Of a stretch of DNA of 64,000 nt, positions 30,002 to 40,653 are shown in pieces; the stretch's first letter is position 1; every line of letters starts with the position of its first letter. This stretch comes from a virus (taxonomy: Duplodnaviria; Caudoviricetes). The position numbers and the translations under genes are program-made. The stretch is taken from the IMG/VR virus record IMGVR_UViG_3300020577_007013. One strand, written 5' to 3'. The notes below the pieces were generated by a model. It made no database searches, was not told where the DNA came from, and saw only the letters and a program-made list of their open reading frames with translations.

Positions 30002-30397
30002 ATGTATCACGTCTCACTCAACGATGTCACAGCAATTAAAAAAATCCAAGAACATTACAAAAATAATTTTGACATAAAGAACATAGCTCAAGAGATACTT
30101 CAAAATTCTTTAAATGAAAATCAGAAAGGGGAGATGTTCATAAGTGATAAACTCATTCTCTTCCGTGTGTATCTAGGAACTCAGGAATTGGTCGATCTCA
30201 CGGAGACTAAGATCAATCAAGGAATAGAGTTCGCAAAACTATGTCAACAAAACAAAAAAGCCAGATTAGATTCATTAGAAAAAATTCGACCATCGAAAAA
30301 ACATGGAAGAGGATTTCTCAGTATACTATATCATGGTTGGGACTTGGTTACCTTACCAAATCACACGGAAGTATTGATAGCGGCGATAAAAGCTTAA
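30002..30397 (+). CDS. hypothetical protein
   Basis: 131-aa ORF following 29440-30000. Confidence 0.5.
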   Translation: MYHVSLNDVTAIKKIQEHYKNNFDIKNIAQEILQNSLNENQKGEMFISDKLILFRVYLGTQELVDLTETKINQGIEFAKLCQQNKKARLDSLEKIRPSKKHGRGFLSILYHGWDLVTLPNHTEVLIAAIKA

Positions 30398-31641
30398 AAG
30401 AACAACTCTACGACATAAGTTTTGATACCTCGAAGAGAATAAAACTCTTTTCTCTTCTAATCAGACTCTTCATTTCTATCTTACTTCTCATAATCTTAGC
30501 CATCGACGTTCATATAGGACTCTATCCTATTGAGAGCTCAGTCTCCCCTCTCTCAATTCTTTTTATTTACACACTTCTAGTGATCTATATGCTTAATTTG
30601 TGTAAAAAATCAGAAAGTTTCAAGTCTCTCAATGGAGTAATGGACATTGTCTATGTGACATGTGAAATTCTCGCTGTATACTTTGCTATTCTAACATTTC
30701 CGACTCATCCAGCAAATATGTATTCTAATTCACTTAAAGGATTCTGGTCGGTCCTTATTGTTCTCTCAGTCTTCACAGGAAAATGGTATTATGGATTTTA
30801 TTCAGGAGGATTGGTCGCCGTTCTCAATGCTTCCACTGCTTACTTCTACTCAAAGATTAAAAGAGATTTTGAAATTGTAGGAATTGACTTTCAGAAAGTT
30901 GATCCTCTCTTTCAAATTTTCGTTTGGTCTCTATATTATTTTTTACAAGGAGCTCTTATCTCTTTTCCATTTTATCTTTTTAGGAAACAACAGTCTATGG
31001 CTCTGAATGCAAAAACAGAGAATATTGTAGCAAGACCCTATTATGACTTATGTTTGGAAGACGGTCAACATTTAGTCGGAGATTATCTCATCAATAAGGT
31101 CTCTTCATCTAATGACGTAATCGGTGCTGATTTTACTTCTATGAAGCCTACAATTGCAGACCATTGTTATGGTGCCTTAATTATAGGAGATGTGATAGGA
31201 CACGGTCTCAATAGAAGTCCAGGTGCAATTATTGCTATGGCAGCTTTTAAGTCTTGTTACACTACTGATCCGGTTTACGTTCAAGAAACGATAAATAGAG
31301 TTCTTGTTGATGTCGATAAGTCTAGTGGTGGGAAGGCAATCTGCCTTTCTATTAGGCTCATGGAAAATGGAATTATAGAATACTCTGGAAAAATTGATAG
31401 TTTTACTTTAGTGGAAAAAGAGAATGTTAGGTCAATTTCACTTTCTTCAAAAGGAGAGATTCTAGGAATTCAGCCTCTTCTATTGGTTACTGAAAAAAGT
31501 GTAATCTCTATGAATGTAGGAGACTCACTTTATCTCAAGACTGACGGGATTCATGATCTTCAAGATGACAAGACCGTTGTAATTATCACTAGATTGTCAG
31601 ACGAAGAGAGACTCGCTATTTCTGAGAGTTCGAAAGACTAG
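30241..31641 (+). CDS. multi-TM PP2C/SpoIIE-family Ser/Thr phosphatase
   Basis: about 6 TM helices, then IGADF, IIGDVIGHG, TDGI, DDKTVVII; start codon uncertain. Confidence 0.8.
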   Translation: MSTKQKSQIRFIRKNSTIEKTWKRISQYTISWLGLGYLTKSHGSIDSGDKSLKEQLYDISFDTSKRIKLFSLLIRLFISILLLIILAIDVHIGLYPIESSVSPLSILFIYTLLVIYMLNLCKKSESFKSLNGVMDIVYVTCEILAVYFAILTFPTHPANMYSNSLKGFWSVLIVLSVFTGKWYYGFYSGGLVAVLNASTAYFYSKIKRDFEIVGIDFQKVDPLFQIFVWSLYYFLQGALISFPFYLFRKQQSMALNAKTENIVARPYYDLCLEDGQHLVGDYLINKVSSSNDVIGADFTSMKPTIADHCYGALIIGDVIGHGLNRSPGAIIAMAAFKSCYTTDPVYVQETINRVLVDVDKSSGGKAICLSIRLMENGIIEYSGKIDSFTLVEKENVRSISLSSKGEILGIQPLLLVTEKSVISMNVGDSLYLKTDGIHDLQDDKTVVIITRLSDEERLAISESSKD

Positions 31642-31646
31642 CTAAC

Positions 31647-31796
31647 ATGAAGATTATTCTTTCATTATTCTTTACATCCGTAGTCTGTGCAGCTTCGTTC
31701 GCTGTTTTTTGTCTCGATATCATAATTATGCTCACTTCATTCGTTCTTTTATTTCCATTGGGGAAAAATGCAAACGCTAATGCCATACAAAAGTAA
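31647..31796 (+). CDS. small hydrophobic protein (49 aa)
   Basis: MKIILSLFFTSVVC... reads open to TAA 31794-31796. Confidence 0.35.
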   Translation: MKIILSLFFTSVVCAASFAVFCLDIIIMLTSFVLLFPLGKNANANAIQK

Positions 31797-32181
31797 ATTT
31801 GAAGAAGCTGGACTTCTTAAGAATTTTATTCTTTCTACCTTTCTCTTAAGTCCTGAATTCGTAAGTGGACAAGGGGAATTTGAAAGACCTCACACAACCG
31901 AGTCCCTTGAAGCTGCTAAGAGAGTGAATAAAGCTACATATAAATTCGTTTTCAATAGACTTAAAAAAATGGAGTCCAAAGGAAAACGAATTAAGAAAGT
32001 CGAAGGTAATGAGTCGACGAATACAATTGAAGTAGACTATGAGACAAAAACAGGTGAACTGAAACATAAGACTATTAAGTTCACACCTAATGGTACCTAT
32101 ATAAATGATCAGCTAATGAGACTCGATAATGAGAGTCTCTTAAATAAAATGAGATCATTTCAAAATCAATTTGAGAGCTAA
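31768..32181 (+). CDS. YKSxFxE-motif protein (putative internal head protein)
   Basis: MPYKSKFEE from ATG 31780. Confidence 0.55.
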   Translation: MQTLMPYKSKFEEAGLLKNFILSTFLLSPEFVSGQGEFERPHTTESLEAAKRVNKATYKFVFNRLKKMESKGKRIKKVEGNESTNTIEVDYETKTGELKHKTIKFTPNGTYINDQLMRLDNESLLNKMRSFQNQFES

Positions 32182-33273
32182 ATGAAAAAGCCAAAAGTTT
32201 CGAAGTATATCGACAGATTTGAAGGAGTGACTGACTTTACTTGTGAAATTTGTGGTCACTTTATAGAGTTCAAACATCATAAAGTCCCCTTGACAGCTGT
32301 CTCGAATCATATAAAGAACCATAAAATTACTTCTAAAGAATACTATAGAAGATATTTGAAAAAACCAGAAGAAGGGATTTGTCAGAATCCTGATTGTAGA
32401 GGACCTACTAAGCAATGCTCTATTAGGTGGGGTTACAAGCCATATTGCACCATTCAATGCTTTAATAGCATGGATGCATCCTTAAAAGGACACTACTCTG
32501 AAAATTTAAGTCACAGTCTTTCAGTAGCGCATAAAGAAGGGAGAAAAATTGGTTACTGGACTACAAATGAACCATGGAATAAAGGTCTGACATCTAAGTC
32601 AAATAAAAAAATGAGAGATCTCCTTAAAAAAGGGGTAGAGACCAAGAGAAAAAATGGAACATTAACTCCTTGGAATAAAGGGATGAAAGGACAATACTCA
32701 GTTGTTTGTAAAAATCCAGAACAAAGATCAAGAAGAATATCAGAAGCTCTCACAGGAAAAAAACTTTCAGAGAATCACAAAAAGAAATTAAGAGATCATA
32801 GAGTCCAGGACAATTTCGGTAAAGGTGGGAAGTTCTCCCAACTATTATTTAGAGAACTTAATGATAAGCTCTCACAAATTAGACAAGACTTCGAAATACA
32901 TTTCGGAGATTTTGATAGAGAGACAAAGACCCTTTTAAGAAAAGAGCGCTCCGTTAATGTAATCGGAATTTCCAAAACTCATAAAATGAGATATCTTGAT
33001 TGCTATCTTAAAATAGACAACAGAAAGATAAATATAGAGTTCGATGAAAAAGGACATTCTAAGGAATGGAGAATGTCAGAAGACTTAGAAAGAGAATGGG
33101 AACTTTTACAAAGAGTACCTGAATTAGAAATCTACCGTATACGATTTAAGGACTTTCTAGAAGGACAAACAAAAATCGTAGATGACTTGATAAAAATAAT
33201 TTTAGATAAAGACTCAAATGTAGATAATAAATATTTATCTTTAACAAAACTTAAGGAAACTTCAAATGTATAG
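32182..33273 (+). CDS. free-standing homing endonuclease (Zn finger, NUMOD3 repeats, PD-(D/E)xK domain)
   Basis: CEICG, PWNKG twice, KKLSENHKKKL, YLDCY...NIEFDEKGH. Confidence 0.8.
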   Translation: MKKPKVSKYIDRFEGVTDFTCEICGHFIEFKHHKVPLTAVSNHIKNHKITSKEYYRRYLKKPEEGICQNPDCRGPTKQCSIRWGYKPYCTIQCFNSMDASLKGHYSENLSHSLSVAHKEGRKIGYWTTNEPWNKGLTSKSNKKMRDLLKKGVETKRKNGTLTPWNKGMKGQYSVVCKNPEQRSRRISEALTGKKLSENHKKKLRDHRVQDNFGKGGKFSQLLFRELNDKLSQIRQDFEIHFGDFDRETKTLLRKERSVNVIGISKTHKMRYLDCYLKIDNRKINIEFDEKGHSKEWRMSEDLEREWELLQRVPELEIYRIRFKDFLEGQTKIVDDLIKIILDKDSNVDNKYLSLTKLKETSNV

Positions 33274-33874
33274 CCCTAGCTTGTTCGACAGAATTTCGAG
33301 CTCACTTTCACCAGTTCTTAGAAAGGTCAGTGATATCTCTACTACGCTCTTTGGAACCAAGGTAAATCTTCTTCGCATATCAAAAGACATTGATAGCTTT
33401 ACTGGAAAGCCGATGAACATTTTTGGAGACTACGATCAAAAATGGGGCTCATCAATTCTGTCAAATGTCGTAGTCAAGTATCCTTTTTCAAGAGTTGAAA
33501 TCTTTTCCCAACTCAATCAGACAGATTATTCGTCAAAGACAACAGGTCTTGACATGATGGAATTACTTCCCATCAAAATTCAATTGCAATTCTATGGTGA
33601 TTTTGATACAGACCCAATCGTAATTAAAGTAGGTGACATCCTTGTTGATGTTCTTTTTGATGAGAATTATAATGCAATTCCTATCACTATGGAAGTCAAG
33701 AGGACATTCGGTTCTTTTTTCGGTAAAGATATTGTTTCCAAAGAAGCTGAGATGACTTTGACAAGAGGAGGCCTAGATGTACAGATTCAAAATGAAATTG
33801 ATAAGTACGTGGCCCAAACTTCACAGGAGAGACAAGCTCAGGTTGCTAATGGTGGAAATCCAGACCTCTGCTAA
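33266..33874 (+). CDS. putative head-completion/neck protein
   Basis: 202 aa immediately upstream of terL; assignment from context only. Confidence 0.35.
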   Translation: MYSPSLFDRISSSLSPVLRKVSDISTTLFGTKVNLLRISKDIDSFTGKPMNIFGDYDQKWGSSILSNVVVKYPFSRVEIFSQLNQTDYSSKTTGLDMMELLPIKIQLQFYGDFDTDPIVIKVGDILVDVLFDENYNAIPITMEVKRTFGSFFGKDIVSKEAEMTLTRGGLDVQIQNEIDKYVAQTSQERQAQVANGGNPDLC

Positions 33875-33882
33875 AATGATCA

Positions 33883-35985
33883 ATGGAATTTACTTTACAA
33901 GGCAATGCTCCGGAAGAGCCAAAAAAGCCAGAACCCCAATTTAATCTAGAAAAAGTAGAAGAAGCCAGTCAACAGCTCCTTCCTAAATACTTACAAGAAG
34001 AGTATGACAATCTCTCAAAGGATGAGAAAGAACTTCTCTATGAGATCTGTAGAAATGAAAATATTTTCTCAGATGAATTCAGACATCTTCAAGCTTTTCT
34101 ATTTAAGTCGCCACCGCCGTCTCCGACCGAATTCATAGATCCGAAAAATGGATGGTTATCAAAAGATTATACAGACTCACTTTTCCAATGGGTCAAAGAT
34201 GACTTCATAGAGCTTTGTTCAGGAAAAAAGACCTATACACATGTTGTGGAATATGGATCTACTCGTATTGGTAAATCACATTTCTCAGTTCTCTTAATTC
34301 TGTACTCTATTGTATGGATGCATCATTTGAGAGATGTTGCGAAATTCTACAATAAATCTGTAGGAACGGCTCTCTCCATCTATATCCTTTCATTTCAATA
34401 TGACAAAGTCTATCAACTTTATTTAAAGCCTCTCTACAATTTAATGGAAAGTTCTCCTAGATTCATTCAGGTGAAGTTCACTGATCAAGTAAAAAAAGAT
34501 CAAGCAAAATATGGATGTGACAAAATTGTTTGGAGTAAAGCCGCTTTAGTCGGTCATATTTCTTTAGCTTCAGGACTCCAAATTGTGAGTGGAAACGATG
34601 ATGCTTTGGCAATCATTGGACAAAATATTGTCGCAGCTCTCATATCGGAAGTAACCTATTTCATAGAGAAAGCTGGAGCAACTGAAGAGTCAATTTTCAA
34701 ACTCTATACTGATTGTGCTGAACGTATTAAAGCAACTGTAGGTAGAGCAACTGGATCATTTATAGTCCTCGATTCATCAGCAAACTTAGCTGAAAGTCAA
34801 ATTGAGAATCATATTCTTAAAAAATTAGCAAATAGAGAAGACGTCTTATTCAGATGGAGACGACGTTGGGAAGTAGAGGAGCTCTTAGACCAGAACTTTC
34901 CGAAATGGAAAAGAACCAAAAAGACTTTTACAGTCTGTACAGGGGATGGAACGTATCCCCCTAGGATTATCTTCGATAAAGCAGAACTCAAAGATATTCC
35001 TTCTAATCTTATTATTGAGGTTCCTATAGATGCTCTTCAAGAATTTGAAGACAACTTAATTCCTAGCATTAAAAATATTGCAGGCTGTCCTACTGTCTCT
35101 GAGTCGAAATTTATTCCTAATAAGAGACTTATCGATAGTATGTGGTCTCCTGGAATCGACAATATAGAAGGAATACTCATAGCTGACTCAGCTGTCCAGC
35201 CTCAGAGATACTTATGGACTCAAATCTGTGATAGATTTTTTACAAAATACAATGGAACAGACTTCAAAATAAAAAGAGCTCCTCAAGAACCTAGATGGAT
35301 TCATATAGATACAGCATATAGTTCTAAAGGAGACGTAGTCGGAATCACTATGCTCCATAAAGAATGGAGTCAAGAACTTAGAGATACGGTCTTTGTAGTA
35401 GACTTCTCTTTCTGTATAGGACCTGGAGAAAATGGTATTAGCTTAGAAAGTTTGAGCTGGCTTATTCATGACTTGACTTTTATCGGTCAGATTCTCATAG
35501 CTAATGTGACAATGGATACTTTCCAGACTCAGAATATGATTCAATTCTTACAAAGATCGAATATTCCTTGTGAAAAACTTTCCGTCGACACCACGATAGA
35601 GCCTTATCTTTTTCTCTACTCCTGTCTTCTCATAGGAAACATTAAAAGTGGAAGAAATATATTTCTCAAAAATAATCTTCTCTCACTCTATAGAAAAAAG
35701 TCAAAGACAGGGAGAGAAAAAATTGATCATACTTCGGGAGTCACTTATAATAAGTATTCTGGAGATTTTGATAAATCGAAATGTGGAGAAAATGCAAAAG
35801 ACTGTTCAGACTCTTTAGCAGGAGCTTTGTTTGCAAGCCAACTGTCTAAACATGTGCCTATGACTTCTCATGAAAGAGAAAATCAAAGATTTAATACAAA
35901 CCTTTCTATTGACATACACAGTAGAACCCCGGTATTTTCGAAACAAGTGCAAGACGTATATAAGAACCTTCATAAAATTTACTAA
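33883..35985 (+). CDS. terL: terminase large subunit
   Basis: GSTRIGKS Walker A, ALISE Walker B variant, RNase H-like IHIDTA...TMDTFQ...KDCSDS. Confidence 0.88.
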   Translation: MEFTLQGNAPEEPKKPEPQFNLEKVEEASQQLLPKYLQEEYDNLSKDEKELLYEICRNENIFSDEFRHLQAFLFKSPPPSPTEFIDPKNGWLSKDYTDSLFQWVKDDFIELCSGKKTYTHVVEYGSTRIGKSHFSVLLILYSIVWMHHLRDVAKFYNKSVGTALSIYILSFQYDKVYQLYLKPLYNLMESSPRFIQVKFTDQVKKDQAKYGCDKIVWSKAALVGHISLASGLQIVSGNDDALAIIGQNIVAALISEVTYFIEKAGATEESIFKLYTDCAERIKATVGRATGSFIVLDSSANLAESQIENHILKKLANREDVLFRWRRRWEVEELLDQNFPKWKRTKKTFTVCTGDGTYPPRIIFDKAELKDIPSNLIIEVPIDALQEFEDNLIPSIKNIAGCPTVSESKFIPNKRLIDSMWSPGIDNIEGILIADSAVQPQRYLWTQICDRFFTKYNGTDFKIKRAPQEPRWIHIDTAYSSKGDVVGITMLHKEWSQELRDTVFVVDFSFCIGPGENGISLESLSWLIHDLTFIGQILIANVTMDTFQTQNMIQFLQRSNIPCEKLSVDTTIEPYLFLYSCLLIGNIKSGRNIFLKNNLLSLYRKKSKTGREKIDHTSGVTYNKYSGDFDKSKCGENAKDCSDSLAGALFASQLSKHVPMTSHERENQRFNTNLSIDIHSRTPVFSKQVQDVYKNLHKIY

Positions 35986-36186
35986 ATTAGAGGAAACATG
36001 AAAAAAGACAAACCTTCAGAAAGGATAAGACTAGAGAACTACGACAACTCGTACTCAAAAGAGAAATCCGGAAAAAGAAAAGAAGGGAAGAAAGGTCGAG
36101 TAAAATCTAAATTCGATAGACTTCCTAGAAGCTAAAAGTCAAACAATAAAGTCGACTTTCATAATCTCATATTATATTTTAGGTAA

Positions 36187-36972
36187 ATGACAAAGACAAA
36201 AGCGATCTATTATGGGGTCTTGGTCTCATTAATGGGAATTCTTATAGGCTCGGTTTCTCACCTTTCTTACACATTCTATACTCTTGAAGAAAAAGACAGT
36301 CTCGGATTTGTCTCCTTTACAATCTCTTTAGGAATAGAGGCCGGTATGTTAGCTATAGCATTCGGTATAGCTGAAAGAAGGAGAGCAGGAAGAAGGATCA
36401 TCGATTTACTTTTCTATCAGGTCTTTTTCGCTGCTGTCAACTTCTACGGGAATCTCTACTTTGCAATTTCAGTTTTTAAGAATAAAAGAAACTTGACTAT
36501 GATGGACATAACGGATGTCGATCCACTTATCTTGTTTACTGCTTGTTTTCTTTCAGGATCTCTTCCGATTCTAGCTCTTTCACTATCAGAGCTTCAGTCA
36601 ATCTTCGGTTTGAGAGTCAAACAAGAAGAGAAGCAAGACACTAGAAAAATAGAAAAAGAGAAAAAGAATCTACTGAAGGAAGAGAAAAGAGAGCTTAAAA
36701 GAAAACAACAAGAAGAGCTTCTTAAGAATTATACTGGTCGAGATAGAGTCATTCTAGAAAAAGAGATCCTCAAGAATGAGGAAGCCTCAGAAGAGTCTGA
36801 AGAAGAATTAAAAAAAAATTCCTCTGACAGAGAAAGAGAAGAAACAAAAGAAAATAGTAATTCTCAGGTAGCTGAGACTTCGAAAGATTTTCAATCAGAA
36901 GCTCTCAAGGAATTTCCGGTCGATGTTTTCGAAGGAAATAATAGAAGAAGGATACCTATCAAAGATAATTGA
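36187..36972 (+). CDS. membrane protein (about 4 TM) with charged coiled-coil tail
   Basis: hydrophobic N-terminal half, E/K-rich C-terminal half. Confidence 0.65.
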   Translation: MTKTKAIYYGVLVSLMGILIGSVSHLSYTFYTLEEKDSLGFVSFTISLGIEAGMLAIAFGIAERRRAGRRIIDLLFYQVFFAAVNFYGNLYFAISVFKNKRNLTMMDITDVDPLILFTACFLSGSLPILALSLSELQSIFGLRVKQEEKQDTRKIEKEKKNLLKEEKRELKRKQQEELLKNYTGRDRVILEKEILKNEEASEESEEELKKNSSDREREETKENSNSQVAETSKDFQSEALKEFPVDVFEGNNRRRIPIKDN

Positions 36973-36987
36973 GAGTACTAACTTTAT

Positions 36988-37365
36988 GTGAAAAACCTCA
37001 TCTTTACAGTTACATCAACCGAGTTGAACTCACTCGTCAACGTTGAAAAAGATGTAACTCTCTCAATTTCAGTCAATCTCCCGACAGGAGGAACTTCGGT
37101 CACGAATTGGTTCCCTTTAGAGCTCTATATTCCAAACACAACCGGAACAGATATTCTTTTCAATATTTTTGAAGATGCTGAGGAATATGCTGAATTTGTA
37201 GCAAGTCCAACAAACTTTCAATTTCTTCCAGTTAAAAATGGAAATTCTCTTTCAAATCCAGATGTCACAAAGTTCTACAAAATAATTATAAGAGGAGTCA
37301 CAGCGACAGCTGTTCAAGATCTTCTAATTTATTGCATTAATTATCAAGACATCAAGGGAGCTTAA
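36988..37365 (+). CDS. putative structural protein
   Basis: GTG start with ACTAA 6 nt upstream. Confidence 0.55.
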   Translation: MKNLIFTVTSTELNSLVNVEKDVTLSISVNLPTGGTSVTNWFPLELYIPNTTGTDILFNIFEDAEEYAEFVASPTNFQFLPVKNGNSLSNPDVTKFYKIIIRGVTATAVQDLLIYCINYQDIKGA

Positions 37366-37404
37366 TTATTAAAGTCTCCTTCTTTATTATAAAGGAGAGA
37401 AAAC

Positions 37405-38043
37405 ATGAGAAATAAGGGCTTCGATTTTAATTCAGAATATCCTGTATCGAGTACGACTCTCTCATCTGATCTAAAAACTTATGCAGACGGACTAGTCGTC
37501 GGACTTCTAGATGATAGAGGAAATTATAATGCATCATCTAATCTTTTTCCGTCATCAGGAGGAAGCGGTCCTTCAGGAACTATCTTAAAAGGGGATACTT
37601 GGAATATCTCAGTAGCTGGAACATTAGGTGGTCAGATAATTGTTGCAGGGGACTGGATAAGAGCTCTAACAAACTCTCCAGGTCAAACTGCTAGTAATTG
37701 GACGATAACTCAGACAGGAATAAAGAATGTAGTCTCATTAGTAGATGCCGCAACTATTGCTACAGATACTTCATTGGGAAATGTTTTTAAAGTTACATTA
37801 GGTGGTAATAGAACATTAGGTGCACCGACTAATCCGTCTAACGGTCAAAAAGTAGTTTGGAGATTTAAGCAAGACGGAACAGGAAGTAGAACAATTACTC
37901 TAGATCCTATTTTTAGAGTTCCATTGAGTATTGATACGATTACTTTAAGTACAACATCAGGATACATAGATTACTTAGGAGCCATTTACAATGCAGATGA
38001 TCTAAAATGGGATATCATCGCATTTGTTAGAGGGATCTTCTAA
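37405..38043 (+). CDS. putative virion fibre/decoration protein (GFDFNS N-terminus)
   Basis: fibre-type segments GDTWNISVAG, TLGGNRTLGAPTN, QDGTGSRT. Confidence 0.6.
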   Translation: MRNKGFDFNSEYPVSSTTLSSDLKTYADGLVVGLLDDRGNYNASSNLFPSSGGSGPSGTILKGDTWNISVAGTLGGQIIVAGDWIRALTNSPGQTASNWTITQTGIKNVVSLVDAATIATDTSLGNVFKVTLGGNRTLGAPTNPSNGQKVVWRFKQDGTGSRTITLDPIFRVPLSIDTITLSTTSGYIDYLGAIYNADDLKWDIIAFVRGIF

Positions 38044-40472
38044 TGGCCACTCTTGTTTCAATTGTTTCAGGAAACTTTACATCTGCTTCTACATGGGAAG
38101 TCTCCAACTCTACAGCAGAATTAGATAGTGAGACAAACAATACAGCTTCGACCACTTCATTTGTGGGAAGTTCATCATTTACTCCTGGAGCAATCACAAT
38201 AGATGCATTAGGAATTAAGTTAGCATCAAGATCAGGAGCTCCTTCAGGAACTTTTACTATTGAACTTTTTAATGCTACAGCTGCAGCTTCAGTTGCTGGA
38301 ACAACGGTGACCATCAACATAACTGATTTTGACTCTAATGCTGGTGGATGGTATTTTTTTAAGTTTAGTCCTGTTACATTGTTAGCTGCGACTCTTTATC
38401 AAGTAAGAATAAAAACTTCAGTTAATGCTATGGTAAATCTATATAGAGATGCTACAGCAGGAAATTGGAGTAGAATTTTAAGAACGACAACAACCCAAGC
38501 CCCAGCCAATACAGACAAATTGGTAGTCAGTGGAGACTTTACAACAGCAGCGACATATTCAGTCTATACAGTAGTCATGAATAATACTACCAATGCGACG
38601 ACATTCGGAGAAGTCCAAATCTGCAATAAAGGAATTTTAAGTTGGGGAACCACATCTTCAACAAATTATTATCTTAAGATAGCTGGAAATTTGAATATTT
38701 ACGGAGGCGGAACTCATCAATTAGGTACATCAGGTACTCCTATTCCTTCTACAAGTACAGCTAAACTAGAGTTTGCGAATACAGTGAATGTTCAATTCGG
38801 AGTTGAGGCCAGGAATGGATCAACTTTAACAGGATATGGAGCGACCAAGACTGTCAAAGCTTTTTTAGCAACTGATGCTTCAGCAGCTGCAACTTCACTT
38901 ACCACCAATGTAAGTACAGGATGGAAAAATGGAGATGTAATAGCTTTAGCTTCAACGACAAGAACATCAACTGAAGCAGAAGCCAAGTCCTTGACAGCAG
39001 ATGCTGTAGGAACAACACTTACAATAACAGCTCTCACAAATGCACATTCAGGAACATCTCCGACTATAGGAGAGCTAGCAAACTTAACTAGAAATGTCCA
39101 AATTTTCGGAACATCGACCACTTTTCAAGCTTATGTAAATATAGCGAATACTTGTATCGCCGACTTGAACTATATTGAATTTTATAATATGGGATCTGCT
39201 ACTGCATCTAAACGTGGAATTGATGTAGCAACGACGACAGGCTCTTGCAATATTAAAAATTGTTCAATTCATAATTTTACTGTAGCAAGCTCATTCGGAA
39301 TTAATGTAAACTCAGCTTCAGGAAATAATTATACTCTAGATAATAATGTTCTTTATCTGACTGCTAATAGTGGAATTGTTACTTCAGCAACTACAGGAGT
39401 GGCTTACAGTGTAATTAACAATCTTGTTATCAGGGCTCTTGCTGGATTAGGACTCAACTTAGGGGATCTAAATGGGACCATTACAGGAAATACAGCAACA
39501 TCATGTGCTGCTGCAGGAATTCAATGGTCTGATCTGACTTACGTGAATGGAACAATCAATAATAATGTCGCTCACTCTAATGCAACCATTGGTCATCAAT
39601 TTGTCAATCTCACTGATGTCTTTGGTGGTTCTATCTCAATTAAAAACTTTACAGCATGGAGAAATAATACTTTTGGTGTAACACTCTCGAATGTTGAAGG
39701 AATGTATATCGACGGTATCACGGTCTTTGGAAATTTAACTTCGAATATAGAGAGAACGGGTGGTGGAGGAAATACAAGAGTCATAAATATAGTATCCAAC
39801 TCAGGTACTACCTTGACTTGTCCAATTGGACTTTCATTTGCTGCCGACTCTCCTAAATTCATCGTTGATAATAGCACATTCGGAGTAACAACCACTCATT
39901 CTACTGCAGATATAAGTGTTAGAACATCCAATACTTATGTTGATGCATTATTTAGAAATTGTCAAATGAGCTCAACAACTCCTATTGCTAACTATAGTAC
40001 AAATACTACAAGAGGATCCATAATAGCTTTTCAAAAGTTTCAGAAGACTGCTGGAAGCCATAAAGCTTATAGATATGAAGGTATCATCTCTATTGATACT
40101 ACAATATTTCATAATGCTTCCCCGTCATCGAGAATGACTCCATCTTTTTCTACAATAAAACTCTATCATTCCCCTAAGAAAATAAACATTGCAAATGGGA
40201 AGACTTGTAAAGTCTCTGTCTGGGTTCGTAAATCAGTCATCGGAGATGGAGTAGCTTACAATGGTAGCCAACCTAGATTAATAGTGAAAGCAAATCCTGC
40301 ATTAGGATCTAACTCAGACGTAGTCTTAGCAACAGCATCTGCTAGTTCAGGAACTTGGGAACTATTAACCGGAACGACAACAGCCGTCACTGATAATGGA
40401 GTATTAGAGGTCTTAGTCGACTGTGACGGAACAACAGGTTGGATAAACGTAGATGACTGGTCGGTAATATAA
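38043..40472 (+). CDS. tailspike-like right-handed beta-helix protein
   Basis: parallel beta-helix repeats (IKNCSIHN, ITGNTA, INNNVAHSN). Confidence 0.65.
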   Translation: MATLVSIVSGNFTSASTWEVSNSTAELDSETNNTASTTSFVGSSSFTPGAITIDALGIKLASRSGAPSGTFTIELFNATAAASVAGTTVTINITDFDSNAGGWYFFKFSPVTLLAATLYQVRIKTSVNAMVNLYRDATAGNWSRILRTTTTQAPANTDKLVVSGDFTTAATYSVYTVVMNNTTNATTFGEVQICNKGILSWGTTSSTNYYLKIAGNLNIYGGGTHQLGTSGTPIPSTSTAKLEFANTVNVQFGVEARNGSTLTGYGATKTVKAFLATDASAAATSLTTNVSTGWKNGDVIALASTTRTSTEAEAKSLTADAVGTTLTITALTNAHSGTSPTIGELANLTRNVQIFGTSTTFQAYVNIANTCIADLNYIEFYNMGSATASKRGIDVATTTGSCNIKNCSIHNFTVASSFGINVNSASGNNYTLDNNVLYLTANSGIVTSATTGVAYSVINNLVIRALAGLGLNLGDLNGTITGNTATSCAAAGIQWSDLTYVNGTINNNVAHSNATIGHQFVNLTDVFGGSISIKNFTAWRNNTFGVTLSNVEGMYIDGITVFGNLTSNIERTGGGGNTRVINIVSNSGTTLTCPIGLSFAADSPKFIVDNSTFGVTTTHSTADISVRTSNTYVDALFRNCQMSSTTPIANYSTNTTRGSIIAFQKFQKTAGSHKAYRYEGIISIDTTIFHNASPSSRMTPSFSTIKLYHSPKKINIANGKTCKVSVWVRKSVIGDGVAYNGSQPRLIVKANPALGSNSDVVLATASASSGTWELLTGTTTAVTDNGVLEVLVDCDGTTGWINVDDWSVI

Positions 40473-40645
40473 TGGATGCTGCATATGCCTCTAGCGGAGA
40501 GACTTATTTTAGTAACGGGGAAGTCACTCCAAATCTATCTCTATATCCCAACCATCCAGGAGATCAAAAATATTGGTCGAATGGTGAACCGTCAGAAGTC
40601 TTATTTCCTTTTCATAATAAAGAGAACATGATGAATATATTTTAA
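40472..40645 (+). CDS. small hypothetical protein (57 aa)
   Basis: TAATG-coupled; internal repeat YFSNGE/YWSNGE. Confidence 0.45.
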   Translation: MDAAYASSGETYFSNGEVTPNLSLYPNHPGDQKYWSNGEPSEVLFPFHNKENMMNIF

Positions 40646-40653
40646 GAGGGACT

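Noticed and set aside
32182-33273. Second fractured gene around this endonuclease
   Set aside because: Flanking ORFs show no intein block A or HN-C/S/T ends
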